Source: an uncultured Nitrososphaeraceae archaeon (GTDB taxonomy: Archaea; Thermoproteota; Nitrososphaeria; Nitrososphaerales; Nitrososphaeraceae). Taken from it: DNA of 64,000 nucleotides. Position 1 is the first letter of the stretch. Each line of letters begins with the position of its first letter. The translations under genes were made by a program, and so were the position numbers. This document shows positions 42,610-55,100 of the stretch, piece after piece. Below the pieces are notes generated by a model. The model worked only from the letters and a program-made list of their open reading frames with translations, ran no database searches and was not told the origin of the DNA. The DNA is taken from assembly GCA_963825865.1 (NCBI GenBank), contig CAWGVG010000003.1, positions 1 to 64,000 of the forward strand, read 5' to 3'.

Positions 42610-42949
42610 GTCTGTAGCATCAAATACATCTTTCCTATTTGTATCGCCTTTCTCAATACTATTGTATTGTCGCCACGTACTCCAATTTACAGGAGAATCT
42701 TTGAACATATGTCTTGAAGATATGATTTTTGTATTTCTTGTATTATGTAACTCCAAGAAGAAGTGCTCTTGGATGAGAAAAAAAGTCTATAAAAATCTTT
42801 GAATTATTTATCTTCATTTCTGCAAGTTGTTGTATTATATTTTCATTATAATCGATACCTGCATACTGTTTGTATTGTTCATCCGTCTCTGAAACATAGA
42901 TTAGTTCGTCTAATTCACACCACTGATTAAGATTCAATTCTAACGACAT
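42610..42949 (-). pseudogene. 5' fragment of a conserved thaumarchaeal (M3 peptidase-like) gene
   Basis: EQYKQYAGI..FSHPRALLLG, then ELHNTRNTKII..FKDSPVNWSTWRQYNSIEK..RKDVFD. Family label recalled from memory. Confidence 0.45.
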
Positions 42950-43577
42950 GGTTTCTACACCTTATTTATTAATTCATCTGTTATCCATGAAAACATCAAA
43001 CGTACATCAAGATTCATTGGAGGATAAGATGATGCTGAAAATATTTGAAAAAGACCGGCGTATATCTACTTGTACTTTTCAATAACCCACGACAATCTGG
43101 TCTATTAAAGTGCAGTATACTATACTAAGACAGGAAGCTATTGGTAGTGATTTCTTGTGTTGTTCATATAGTTTTCTTCACAATCACGAATACTCTGTCA
43201 AGTTTTCGAATAGTCTCAAGAAAGTGTGTTGCGAGTATATATAAATTGAGTTAGCCAAATATAAAACAAATAGCATTTCTATCTTACAAAAAAATATTTA
43301 AATTAAAACGTATTATAATTAAGGATCTAATCGAAAGATAAGTCAAGAGATAAGCTTAAGCTAAGCTTTGATATTTCAATAGAAAATAAGGGTCAAAAAG
43401 GGAATGTTATTCTGATTTTCATAATATGATAAACTCCAAAAACTTATGTCTGCCATAACACTTTGATTATCATTCAGCATTTTGTTATGTGTAATTATCT
43501 CTGGAACTGCTTTAGTTTTTTTTCTAATATTTTTGGTATGGATATGTAATTTCGTGTAGATTTGGAATAAACACAAA

Positions 43578-43737
43578 TTAATTTTTGTTTAGAAAAAGAG
43601 ATAATCCATCAAATTCATTTCTGGGTAATATGTATAAACTTGGCTGATAAGAGTCTATAAGTTTGAGGATCTGCTTATCATTAGTTTTTATCCACAGGAT
43701 AGCGTGTTCATTATATATTATCAAACACTGCCATCTC
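43578..43737 (-). pseudogene. Family B DNA polymerase N-terminal fragment
   Basis: HAILWIKTNDKQILKLIDSYQPSLYILP is a typical PolB N-terminal pattern. Stops immediately after. Confidence 0.45.
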
Positions 43738-44437
43738 TATTTTTGAATTCATGAAGTTGATGCTGACATATTTAAGATAATTATCGATAATATCAAATGA
43801 AGTGAAGTTATACATTTATCTGTTAAAGTATCAGTTGCTATTACCAGATGATAATAAATAAAATGACTAAAAAACTATCTTTCTCTATATTCTGTTAATA
43901 TGGTAATTGCAAATATAATACTATAATAATTTAATACAATCTGCTTTATCTCAGTCATTGATATATATCTAAAAAACTGCAGCATAATTAGCAAGTGGTT
44001 GCAAAATCACTTGTTAATTTATTTAATTTTTGTTATGATGATTAAACACGACTAAGTAAATTTTACAATAATGTGAATATGAGTAGATCTTAGAACTATT
44101 TGTTATGTTTCTAGGACTCAAGCTAAGAAGTACAGGTGACAAGACGTATCTGATAACATATGGTTTGGTCCTTTCACGCTCAAACATATTCACATTCATG
44201 TCTGATTGAATCAGCTTTAGGCGTTATCTTTGCTTAACTTGACAGGACCCAACTTACTCCAGCTGGCGTTGGTGTACTTGTGCTTGATTGACTATGTTCC
44301 ATTCTCTGATGTGAGCTCAATCCCTCTGCATTACTAACCAAACCCACGTGTACAAAAACCATGACAATAATAAGACGTTAGTTAACAATAGCCTGAATGA
44401 AGAAGAATAGAAATTAAATGTAATACACTTAAAATAC

Positions 44438-44767
44438 CTATTCCGTCTTTTTAATATCTATTAAAAGTCGCTCTCCTACTTTAGGGCTTCCTATCTTTTC
44501 ATATCGTCTCTTTGGCATTGTAATCTGTATGACCGTTTGAGAATATGTTTTGATTAAAGTCTGAGGTTGAGATCCAAGAATAGCTTCTAAAATTGGTTTG
44601 ATCTGCTGTTTAACTTCTTTGTCAGTGACTGCTCGCTCAATGGCCTCTAACATCAACTGCTGCTGAGACACAGACTCAAGCTCAACGTCTTCACAGAGAG
44701 AGAGAGTGACGTTTATGCCTGTATCCGTCATCTGATTAACTTTATATCGAATTACCGAATTTTCCAA
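44438..44767 (-). CDS. Hypothetical protein with arcadin-1-like C-terminal motif
   Basis: IQITMPKRRYEKIGSPKVGERLLIDI. Confidence 0.6.
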   Translation of the reverse strand: MENSVIRYKVNQMTDTGINVTLSLCEDVELESVSQQQLMLEAIERAVTDKEVKQQIKPILEAILGSQPQTLIKTYSQTVIQITMPKRRYEKIGSPKVGERLLIDIKKTE

Positions 44768-45178
44768 GGCATGGTTATCTGGAATCGATAATTATTATTA
44801 GTATCGATTTTAAATCAGTGTGGGCTCTCACAAAAAATATGGTATCATTTTTATGCTTCTTTTCTTAATTTGGCTAACTCATCTAGCATCTCACATTTAG
44901 TCTAGAGAATGCTTTTCGAAAATAGATCACAATATAACTCAAATGCTTGTAGATCTGAATCCAACATCCATCTTTTTCATCCAGACATAATTAGAACCGA
45001 TATCCATCTTGAAATTTCATTAACAATGAGTAACAAATTATATTGACCAGTATAAAATTTCGTTAATGTATGAACACGTAAGTGATTAGCACTATCATAA
45101 ACATCTGTACTAGAGTGAGTGTCTACGCAAGTAACATTCAGCAAAATTTTAAGTAAGTAATATTCTCATATACATATA

Positions 45179-46043
45179 GTGTCCTTCAATAATTTCCAAT
45201 GTTTAATTGAGGATTGGAAAGTTAATGTTGTAAACCCTGTCGTGTCCTCAAATGATGCTGATGCGTTAGCAGGATATGCTCTACATCTTTCAAGAATTCT
45301 TGCATACCCAGATTTGAATGTTAATTCCACTTTAAAAAAAATAGATGCTATGGGCGAAGAACTTAGGCAATCAATAAAGAAATTCATGCCCTTACGCCCA
45401 ACACAAATAATAGAAAAAATTAACGAATATCTTTTTAGAGACAAAGAGTTTAAAGCAAACATCCAAGATTATTACAATCCACTAAATAGTTACCTTAACA
45501 TCGTTTTGGAGCATAAATCTGGCATTCCGATATCTCTTTCAATACTATATATGCGAATGGCTTACTGCTTGAATTTTAAATTATATCCCATTAATTTTCC
45601 TGGTCACTTTCTAGTTAAACATATCTTGGATAGTGACAAGAATGGGATTATAATTGATCCATTTAATGGCGGCAGAATAATGGATGATTATGCACTTAAA
45701 GCATTGCTTGATCAGTTATATCCACACCAAAACATCCCTTTGACTCGTGCGTTTGTTGAAGAAGCAACAGGCAGCAGGAGTTATGATACGGATGCTAAAT
45801 AACTTAAAGGAAAGCTATTATGAAGCACAAGATTTGAATAAAGTAGAAGTCGCAAATGAGATGATAATTGCCATAGATCACTATAATCCGGATGCCATAA
45901 GAGACAAAGGTATGATACTACTAAAGGGACGAAAACCTCTAAAAGCACTTGAAATGCTAAACTTGTATCTTGAACTAGATCCGGAAGCAGAAGACGCAGA
46001 TACTGTTCTAGACATAATCAAACAGATTCGTACATCCAAATAG
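45179..46043 (+). CDS. SirB1-family protein (transglutaminase-like + TPR), one frameshift at 45770
   Basis: DYYNPLNSYLN.VLE..GIPISL, NFPGHFL, IDPF.GG, RMLNNLK and IRDKG. Confidence 0.9.
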
Positions 46044-46528
46044 GCAAAGTAGATTTTTTTAATATCAAATTTTCAATTTAATTTACTAGTCTCTAGAGTG
46101 AAGAGAAAAACGCATCCCAAGCTAATATACCTACTCACATAAATTCGCAGACTCTCATCATGTATTTGACGATATTCAAATTGAAGCATTTTGTCATATA
46201 GTAGTCTGTAATAGCTGATTTTAGATTTGTAAACCTGGGATAGTATTTTTGATATCAATAGATCATCTTTTCCCTGTTTCCAGCATTCTTCTACTGCGCT
46301 GAATTCAGGCAATCTTTTTTGATGGTATTCAACTGTCATGACATCATTATTTCGTTCTAGAGACAAAGCCATTAAACCATTCTACTCATTTTTGTTAGGC
46401 AGTATGGTGTTGATGACTTAAATTAAATTGCAAAGCATCTTTATGTTCTGCTATTTCTCGTTAAGAAATTTAACCCAATGAAGCTAACAAACCTCTAATT
46501 TTAGCCATGAAAGCATAAATGTCAAATG

Positions 46529-47526
46529 TGCTTTGTTGCATGATTAATCATCTTGTAAGTGATACTTATTTGACCACTCACCATTTAGCTTGCTAGTATT
46601 AATTATTCTGGTATGGTTGACTGGCCTTGCTATAATGAATCACTAGTTAGGCGTGGTCAAGTACTCTTGGATTTTGATGTACTTGATGGATGGGATCATG
46701 AATTATGTCAAATGAACCTTGGTAAGGTTGGTGAGCCCTACTGCTACCCAAATTCATTTATTCAGCTTCTAGGTTACATGAGAGCATATTTCCATCTACC
46801 ATATAGACAAACACAGGGTGTAGTCATAGCTCATGCAAGTAAAGAAGTATCAAACACACCACATTATAGTACCATTAATAGACGTATAAACAGGCTAGAG
46901 ATTAAAATCGATGAAAAATTAGGAAATGATATTGTCATTGCTTTAGACAGCACCGGCATTAAGGTAGCTAATCGAGGGGAATGGATGCACCACAAATGGC
47001 ATGTCAGAAAAGGATATCTAAAGATACACATAGCAGTTGATATCGAGAAGAAAAGAATTGTATCTCTGGAGGTAACAAGTGAAGAGGTACATGATGGTAA
47101 GATGCTAAAGAAGTTAGTAGACAATGCTTCTGAAAATAATAATCTGAAGGGTATATTAGCAGATGGTATGTACGACAACAATAAGAATTTTAGATACCTA
47201 TCAAAGAACCACATTAAGCCTGGTATAAAGACAAGAAGTAATTCCAAGGTCAAGTCAACTAACTGTCATGCTAGGAATATGTCTGTAGTAAGACAACAGA
47301 CAAACCTCAAAAAATGGAAGCGTAGCGTGAGCTATGGGTACAGGTGGATAGCAGAAACAGCATTCTCTTCCATTAAAAGAACATTTGGTGAACATGTAAC
47401 AGCTAGAAAGTTTCCTCACATGGTAAAAGAAATCCTCCTAAAGGCAGTCTGTATAACATGTTCAATCGAATGACCTAGCTAACGGTTTGCATAACCTAAA
47501 ATCCTAATGAATTATGCAACAGAGCA
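46529..47526 (+). mobile_element. IS5-family insertion sequence, copy 2
   Basis: Same TIRs as copy 1. 8-bp TSD GTCAAATG at 46521-46528 and 47527-47534. Confidence 0.95.
46613..47476 (+). CDS. IS5-family transposase, 1-bp deletion near the 3' end
   Basis: Near-identical to 34317-35186. GCAGCTCT in copy 1 reads GCAGTCT here. Confidence 0.93.
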
Positions 47527-48000
47527 GTCAAATGTACTAATTATAGCATATCCAATCATTACTATATTATGCACCCAAGTAATAGTAATAAAAAAGTAAT
47601 ACTAAGGTTATCTAAAATTCAAAGCAATTATTATCTAGTTTAAACCATTCTACACGCATATCTGCATCATCACTTGCTACTAATTTCCTGTTTGGTTGGT
47701 GAAAGAGTAGAACAAACAGTATGGATCCAGAAGACTCAGCACCAATTTATATTCAAGATTCATCAGTGACCCCCGAGTTATGCTGCAGGGTTTTATATAT
47801 ATATTCTCTAGTAGAGAGTTATCTATATGTTATAGAGAAATAATATCTTAGAAGAAGGTTACAGTCAAGGTAAAATACATGTGACGACTTACCATCGATA
47901 TTAAAAACAGTGTAGTAAATATATGCAAATCGATAAAAGTTAATGATTGAGAGATTAGAGCGGAAAGGTTATACTGATAAAATGAAAATTAGTATAAGGT

Positions 48001-48318
48001 ATGCAGTACCATAAGGCTGCTTTCATGGGACAGGAAAGAGCAAGAAGAGCTCAGATGAAACTATTCTACTATGCGGGATTTGCGATGCTAACTTACACTA
48101 TCAAGCAGCGAAAGTCAAGATTTGAACCTGTAGGGGAAGAAATGCTTGTCGGTAAAATGGTTAGAGGTAATGAAGCACTACTATTTATCTGCGATGAGGA
48201 TGGTTATGCAAAAGCACAATCAAAATCTTTATCGATACAAAAGGGAGAGGAAATTTATACAAAGATGATAAAAGACGGAATTCCAGAATTTAAAGGTGAT
48301 ATCAAGACCATTTCCTGA
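48001..48318 (+). CDS. Conserved thaumarchaeal hypothetical protein
   Basis: YHKAAFMGQERARRAQMKLF..GFAML..., LFICDEDGYAKAQSK; clean ORF. Confidence 0.75.
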   Translation: MQYHKAAFMGQERARRAQMKLFYYAGFAMLTYTIKQRKSRFEPVGEEMLVGKMVRGNEALLFICDEDGYAKAQSKSLSIQKGEEIYTKMIKDGIPEFKGDIKTIS

Positions 48319-49025
48319 CTATTATAATTTCAGTACCGATGCAATGTTTGCCTTCGACTGCATTTTTTATATTAGATACATCTGATAGCAATATTCTGGT
48401 AGGAATATTTGACCGTTCTATCACTTTCAGTGCAACAATGTCCATAAGGTCATATGTTCCAGCCATGGAACTTCCAGCTCCAAGCAGACTTATGCATTTC
48501 TTGACTGTAATTTTTTTGAATAATTTTGCATTTCTATTGGTATTTGGATCGGAGTTATAGATACCGTTAACGTCAGTTGCATTAAGATATTTTGATGCCT
48601 TTACCTTTTCAGCTATTAATGCGGAAGTGGCGTTAGTACTTTGACCAGGGTGTAGACCACCTGCAATTACTATTTTACCACTTTCTGCTGCCTATTGCCA
48701 CTTCTTCAAGATCTGTTGGAACTCGTAAATATGCGTCGCCCCTTAAAGCAGCTATCAATAATTTCGCGTTCAACCTTGAAACATCGATTCCCATCATATC
48801 TAGACTTGCTTCATCTAAACCGAATTTTCGTCCAAGATTGATATACTGACGTGCAATTTTGCCACCACCAGTGATAACTATTGGCTGTACCTTATTGTGG
48901 ATATGAAATAACATTTCTGCGTATTCTTTAATTGCGTTCTTCTTTGCATTTTGGCAGAAGATACTGCCGCTTAATTTAATAACTACTCTCTTTTTTTCGG
49001 CAGTTATTCTAGTATTATTATTCAT
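48302..49025 (-). CDS. pyrH: UMP kinase, one frameshift near 48691
   Basis: VIKLSGS, GGGKIARQY, GIDVSRLNA, then AGGLHPGQSTNATSA, ATDVNGIY.SDP and GTYDLMD. Confidence 0.93.
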
Positions 49026-50285
49026 ATGTTTGTCCCCTTATAGATTGATTCTTCATTGCCAAGTACTTTTTTGATTGATTGCTCTACTGCCTTTCTGTTC
49101 TCAGCAGTTGTATATACTCTCAGCATATCAAGAAAGCCTGTAATAGAATCTATTAGTGGAATCTCTGCGATAGGAGTTTCATAAGCCCATTCTTTGTCAA
49201 CAAGTAATACTGAGCTTATTTCTTTTTTGCTAGGAGTCAATGGCATAGATGGTGCTCTTGATGCATCAACAAAAATGGATTTTTCTTTTACTTCAGCAGT
49301 CTCAGCTATCTGTAACCCTATATCATACAATTCTTGCCTTTCCATCCTAGTGTATAACTTATCGCGCTTGTGCACAAATTTTTCATAAACACATTTCAAC
49401 AATCTTCTTGTCCTATAATCTACTGCTAGTTTGATTGCATTTTCGTTCCCAGTCTTTAGCGAACAAATGCGTTCTAGAGTAACTTCATCAGTCAGATTTA
49501 GATAATTATCTAAAGATGTATCTGTTAAATTCAATTGTTCGTCTGCCAATATCATTGAATTCAATAGCATAACCTCTGCAGATCTTACAGTTTTATGGAA
49601 ATAGACTGCCTTGAACATTTCATATCTAGAGATTAACATCGATTCAAAAGAATACAGTGCAGATCTGTTAATAGCTAAGTGTCCATTGGACACCACTTCA
49701 AATGAACTTATCAGCCTGTGATAGTCAATTTTTCCTGTACTCTACTCCTGTAAAGAATCCATCTCTTGACAAATAATCAATGAGATCAGCTGAAAGTCCA
49801 CCTGCAATAATCTCATTGAAAAACTTTATCTTGGATTCACCAAATGATAACTTACAAATATCGGATGAATTGTAACCATGCGTTTTTAAAATGTCGCTGA
49901 TCTCGCTCCTAGATATAATTTGCTTTCCCATATCTTCATGGCTCATCTTACATCTTAACTCCAATACTTCCTCAAATAAGTGAGAAAAAGGTCCATGACC
50001 TATATCGTGTAGCAATGCAGCCAACCGCAATTTCTGTACTTTATCTTCATCATCGATATATCCTTTGTTAAGAAGAATTTCCCCTGCATAGCCAGCTAGA
50101 TGCATTGTACCAAGAGAATGTTCAAATCGAGAATGCTGTGCACTAGGATAAACTAAATGCGCTCCAGCAAGCTGTCTGATTCTCCTCAGACGTTGGAAAA
50201 TTGTAGAATCTATGAGTTCTTTCTCCACCTCAGAGAAACGTATGTATCGATGGACTGGATCAGTAATCTCACCATCAAACTTCAT
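49022..50285 (-). CDS. HD-domain phosphohydrolase (SAMHD1-like dNTPase family), one frameshift near 49735
   Basis: DPVHRYI, FQRLRRIRQL, HSRFEHSLG, LLHDIGHGPFSH, DYLSRD and VYFHKTVRSAE. Confidence 0.92.
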
Positions 50286-50851
50286 AATTATGCTGTCAAT
50301 TGTTTGCGGCGGCAGAAATTAAATGTGACGAAGTTAAAAATGACTGGATGAATTGTACTTGTTCAAATAAACGGTATTTGAAACTAGTTGTAACTCTGTT
50401 AACTTCAATTCATTCTGAATTATCTGAGAAACTACGATTCGGATTGTAAAGCCTGTATTTATAAGAGATGAGGATATAGAACACATCTACTTCTGCCAAT
50501 AATTGCCAATGTATTACAATCACTTTAGGCCCAGGTGGCTATCAAGTTATGGAGGTAAGTACAAATTTCTAGTAGTGATGCTGCCGCTTGTAATAATAAT
50601 GGTCTTGGTAAAGATGTTCTTTATGATAGCGCTCGTTTTAGTATTAGGTTGCTCTGGTACCATAGCAGCGGGTGATTAAAAGACCTGCACAGTTACCAAT
50701 TCTGCAGAAGACATTGGCTAAGCCTGTAATCCCCAAACCTGTGAGGCTCGTCATGTAGCTCTGTTTGAATAGCATCTAGCTCTTGCGGAGTTTTACCTTC
50801 AGCTAGGCGAGGTTGAGAAAGATTATCTACAACTGCTAACTAAAACATTAC

Positions 50852-51100
50852 TCATTTGGGTTGCTGTGCCTCTTCAATTTGCGTCAGTTTCTCTTCAAGC
50901 GTTTGGACATACATGATCGAAGGGCCTTCTGACGATAGCTTGAACTGTGCTTCACAGCAATCTTTGCCAACTTGAGAGCTGCCAGCCTTTGAAAATAGGT
51001 TACATGCTCGTCGCTTGATTCGTAACAGCATTCTTTTAGGGCTGTTCTAATCCCACCTATGCAACTCGTACATGAAAGGCAGCGTTTCTATTATAGCATG
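50852..51100 (-). pseudogene. Degenerate gene of probable integrated-element/proviral origin (small-terminase-like)
   Basis: ETLPFMYE / GIRTALKEC..RLAALKLAK / CCEAQFKLSSEGPSIMYVQTLEEKL. Locally GC-richer. From memory, this family lies next to terminase-like genes. Confidence 0.35.
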
Positions 51101-51208
51101 ATTTTTTGTTTTAGAGCCATCGCGCTATGTAACCTTTTCACATGTCGTCGTTCCATTAGAAATACTAATCTTATATGATCTTTGTATATCATCCTAAAGG
51201 AAATTAAA

Positions 51209-51799
51209 TTATACCTTGATTTTTTTTACAATCTTCATTATATCTTGATGAACATCGTCTTTACTTTTCTCACCATTGATCATCTTCCATTTGAATTGTC
51301 TAGCGAGTTTGCGGTAATTCTTGTGTACATCTGCCAACAATTTTCGATCCTTTTCAAATGCATCAGGACATTCTACTGCTCGTTGATATGATACCTTAGG
51401 GTTAACTTCAAGGATAATCACCAAATCTTCCTTTGGAAGACCCTTGTCTAAGTTTAATAGCCAGTTAATATTCAGACCATTGGAGATACCATAAACAAGA
51501 TTTGATTGATAGTATCGATTCAATATTAATATTGTGCCATTATCCATCATACTCTCTATTTCTTTCTTCTTCTCCCATCTGTTAGCTGAAAGGAGCATAT
51601 GCGTTAGTTCAGCAGGATAATCGCGCTTGCCGTCTAAAAAGGCCCTGATTTCCGCTCCAATATGTGTGACGTAATCAGGAAAATCCATTATGACGCAAAT
51701 TTTACCTAAAATTTTCAGATCATCCATGAGTAGTCGAGACTGAGTTTTCTTACCTGCTTTGTCCAATCCTTCAATGACTATAATCTTGCCTTTTCGCAA
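51209..51799 (-). CDS. tmk: Thymidylate kinase
   Basis: IVIEGLDKAGKKTQ, FPDY, SANRWE and NRYYQSNLVY. Confidence 0.95.
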   Translation of the reverse strand: MRKGKIIVIEGLDKAGKKTQSRLLMDDLKILGKICVIMDFPDYVTHIGAEIRAFLDGKRDYPAELTHMLLSANRWEKKKEIESMMDNGTILILNRYYQSNLVYGISNGLNINWLLNLDKGLPKEDLVIILEVNPKVSYQRAVECPDAFEKDRKLLADVHKNYRKLARQFKWKMINGEKSKDDVHQDIMKIVKKIKV

Positions 51800-52018
51800 T
51801 AATTGATTTGTGAATTAGCAATAATAAAAAGATGTTGAAAGTAATTTATATAATTACAATAATAGATCAAAAGATTTACAATATATATAAACTCAAATTG
51901 ATTCTTTAAAGAATAAGAAAAGGCTTCTGCTAATCATGACGCGCTATACACCACGCACACTAGAAGTATTCTTTATTGAAGGTTCAGAAATCGACAAAGG
52001 AGGGTTTAATTATGCAAA

Positions 52019-52492
52019 TTAAATATCGAATTTTTTGGATGAACGCTTTATATTGTCAAGCATAAAATCCATTTCTAGAGAAGTATATTTCGGCCTATTC
52101 TTAAACATAGAATGAACTGGTCCAGCTCCATCACCAATATTCCTCGGAATAATATGAACATGAAGATGAGGTATATCCTGTCCTGCTTCTTTGCCATTAT
52201 GGATGGCGATAATTGAAGCGTTAACTCCAACAGCGTTTTCTACTGCTGCAGATACTATCCGCAGAAGATCAAATACTGCGTATGAATGCTGTGCATCCAT
52301 ATCTTGGATTTTAGAATAGTGTGATTTTGGAATAATTAGTGTATGCCCTGCAGACAACGGGAAAGCATCTAAGAATGCAATGGCCTTATCATTCTGAGTG
52401 ATGATTTTTGCATGGAACGTGCCAGCGACGATTTTACAGAAAATACAGTTTTTTAAATCCAGCATAAGCACTTGCTGCATGTACATAATCAA
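52019..52492 (-). CDS. HIT-family hydrolase
   Basis: CIFCKI, GHTLIIPK and AGQDIPHLHVHIIPR. Confidence 0.95.
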   Translation of the reverse strand: MIMYMQQVLMLDLKNCIFCKIVAGTFHAKIITQNDKAIAFLDAFPLSAGHTLIIPKSHYSKIQDMDAQHSYAVFDLLRIVSAAVENAVGVNASIIAIHNGKEAGQDIPHLHVHIIPRNIGDGAGPVHSMFKNRPKYTSLEMDFMLDNIKRSSKKFDI

Positions 52493-52635
52493 AAAGAAAT
52501 TAATGTTTGCCTTATTGAATATAAACCCAAACTCTTTTTGTTGCTTTGATTGGAAATTGTTGTCATCTTCTGGGTAGGATTGGGAATTTTAAAGCATCAC
52601 CAACTATAACATTTATTTTCTCTGAAAGACCAGCA

Positions 52636-52860
52636 TCAGCTACATTTTTTCTTTGGTTTGGTTTTGGTGGAATGAATTATGGGTAGTTCAAAGACAGCTA
52701 TCACAAATTGAGCCAGTTCAGGGGGAAGCTCAAGGCTACCAAAAAAGCCTTGATTGACTGAGATACTTTCAAACTTTGGTAATGCAGCCACTATAAATGC
52801 AATTTCAGACATAACCCTTATTGGAAGAGGTCCAAACAGTAGCAACTTTCTTGGAGTCAT
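52636..52860 (-). pseudogene. Truncated DoxX paralogue
   Basis: FGPLPIRVMSEIAFIVAALPK..FFGSLELP matches the start of 33037-33513, then breaks off. Confidence 0.75.
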
Positions 52861-53431
52861 CTCGAAGGGAAAAACGGCTTATATCTCCAGGTAGCTAAAC
52901 TCCCCCATTATGAATCCTGTTCTTGGAGTGGATATATCACTGCGATTAATGTCTCTATAATTTGGCGGTCAGTCAATCATAATCGTTCAGAAAAAAATAC
53001 TTTTGGACCAAAATTATACCTTTGCGTTGCGTTTGAAGTACAAAAATAACAAATTTCTGGACATGGTTGTACTGAATCAAATATTACCAAAGAGAATGAT
53101 CGGCGGCTTGAGTTATATAATCTGATGAAGAGCGTGGGTAAAACTTAATAGCAATAGAATAGTCTTCCATAATAAGTCAGTCCTCAAGATTGAAGAGGTT
53201 CAGTTAACCCTGCATTAACAGAATCACAATGGCTAACCTTGCTATTACAAAGTAATGTGCGGGATTTCTGAGTGTAGTATTAGAAATATTCTTTGAGTTA
53301 TTTTCTTTACTCTCTCTTTAGCAGTTTTCAGAAGACGATCAAAATTCTATATAAGCATACAATACTAGTTGTACTTGCATAGTTTATCTTCATTTTGTTA
53401 TCATTAAGGATATATCATCTGAATGCTTTTG

Positions 53432-54844
53432 TTAATGATGTGGCTGTGCTTTTGTTTGAGCTATGGTATTTAGTCTAGCAAGTTTTGCGTTAGAAGATAC
53501 GTATTGATTAATATCCTTTTCAATAGCCACAAAAGGTCTTTCCTTCTTTGCGACGAATCCAATTATCGTAGGTTCAAAGTTATATTTTCGTAAATCTTCT
53601 ATGAACCAAGTTTGCTACGTCTTTTGTTGCAACTATTAGATGACAGCCGTTTGTAGTGGCGGTAGCATTCTCCACTAGAAATTCCTTTGTCGCGAACTTG
53701 CCAATTTCTTCATACTTCATTGGAATCTCATTAATCACAATGTGAGGAATTTGTTAAATCTGCAAGTTTTCCTATAGCAAAGATGCCGTCTGACGCAACA
53801 GGATGGACAGCAGTTATGTGCGTATGCTTATCAAACGCTATACCAAAATCAGGACAATACTTTGAAATTATTTTGCCTAGTGTAAAGCGAGGTTCACTTA
53901 GACTTTTTATAGCCTCGTCTTTTGCTGAAGAGAGAGTATTTAGCAAGATATTGTTTTGCTCAAATTTGACTATGTTACTATTATCCATTTCTGTTAACAT
54001 ATAAAGGCTAACAGGTGGAATTGCTCCAAATTTATTTGAAATAATAATCTGCATTCCTTCCTCAACTTGATCATACCTAGTAGGCAATTCCTTCAGGGTA
54101 TTTGCGATTGCAGTTGAACCAAAGAAAAGTTTACCGATCTTAACGGAACTGTAGTCTTCCATAGCAAGATTATATCGTGAAGTGAATGCATCAAGATTTT
54201 TTCTAATATTGTCTAGCATTTCTTCAGTTGGCGCATCGTATATAGGAAATAATTTGAACCCTGACGTGCATCCAAGGAGATTTAGGTTTTCTGTGGCGAG
54301 CCGTCAAAGCAATATTACTGTGAATTTCAGATTCTGGACTCTGGGTCGGATCTGTTATTTGAGTAGTGGAATTATTAGCTGGTATATATCCAACTTTATT
54401 GCCTCTATGCAACTCGATATAATCTAGAAGTGCCCATTGCGCTTCTGGATATGTTGTTAGAGCCATAGTGATTTTTTTTACTGCAACCTTTGAATGAAAA
54501 CTTCTCAGGAACTTTTGAAGTGCTTCTGATAGCAATGCTGGATCCTCTCCAATTTCTGTGTGAATTCGAAACATAGAAAGCGCTCGTTTAATTTCAACTT
54601 CTTTTTCAATAACAGGGGTATCAAAATTGTATACTCTTCGAGTAAGTTCAGGAGGTCTTCCGTCAGTATAGTAAAAAGAGTCAAACCAGTCAGGAGTTAG
54701 CTTTATGCTACTTCTTTTGATCTCCTTTAAAGAAGATTGAAGTAAACTGCTATCAACCTCATTTGAACACATTGGAATCCATCGTAGAGGGTCGAAACCA
54801 AGATGTCTATATTCTTCTATAAGCCCCCAAAAATTTTCAGTCAA
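53432..54844 (-). CDS. SelD-related (PurM/AIR-synthase fold) putative sulfur-metabolism protein, three frameshifts
   Basis: IEEYRHLGFDPLRWIPMCSNEVD, NNSTTQITDP, IYDAP, GKLFFGST, FDKHTHITA and ENATATTNG. Divergent from cysH-sat. Confidence 0.7.
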
Positions 54845-55100
54845 TCATAACCTCTCCTAACAATCACTTTATCCTGATTTTCTAATGTGATATATAACAT
54901 AACACTTGTTAATAAACAAATTTTTGTATAATAAATCTAATAAAATATCAAAAATCGACCTAGGTTATGATTATTAGGATTCTGGATCGACATGTTACGT
55001 GTACAAACCTGTATTATATCTTGTGTTGATTTATTGTAGTTACTTCAATTCTGAGGACAATAATTATAAGCCTACTATATGAATAATTACCTATGCTGGC

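Noticed and set aside
34233-47526. Composite transposon bounded by the two IS copies
   Set aside because: Each copy has its own distinct TSD, and the outer flanks do not share one.
53121-53150. Hammerhead ribozyme core (CTGATGA)
   Set aside because: No properly placed GAAA and no supporting stems.
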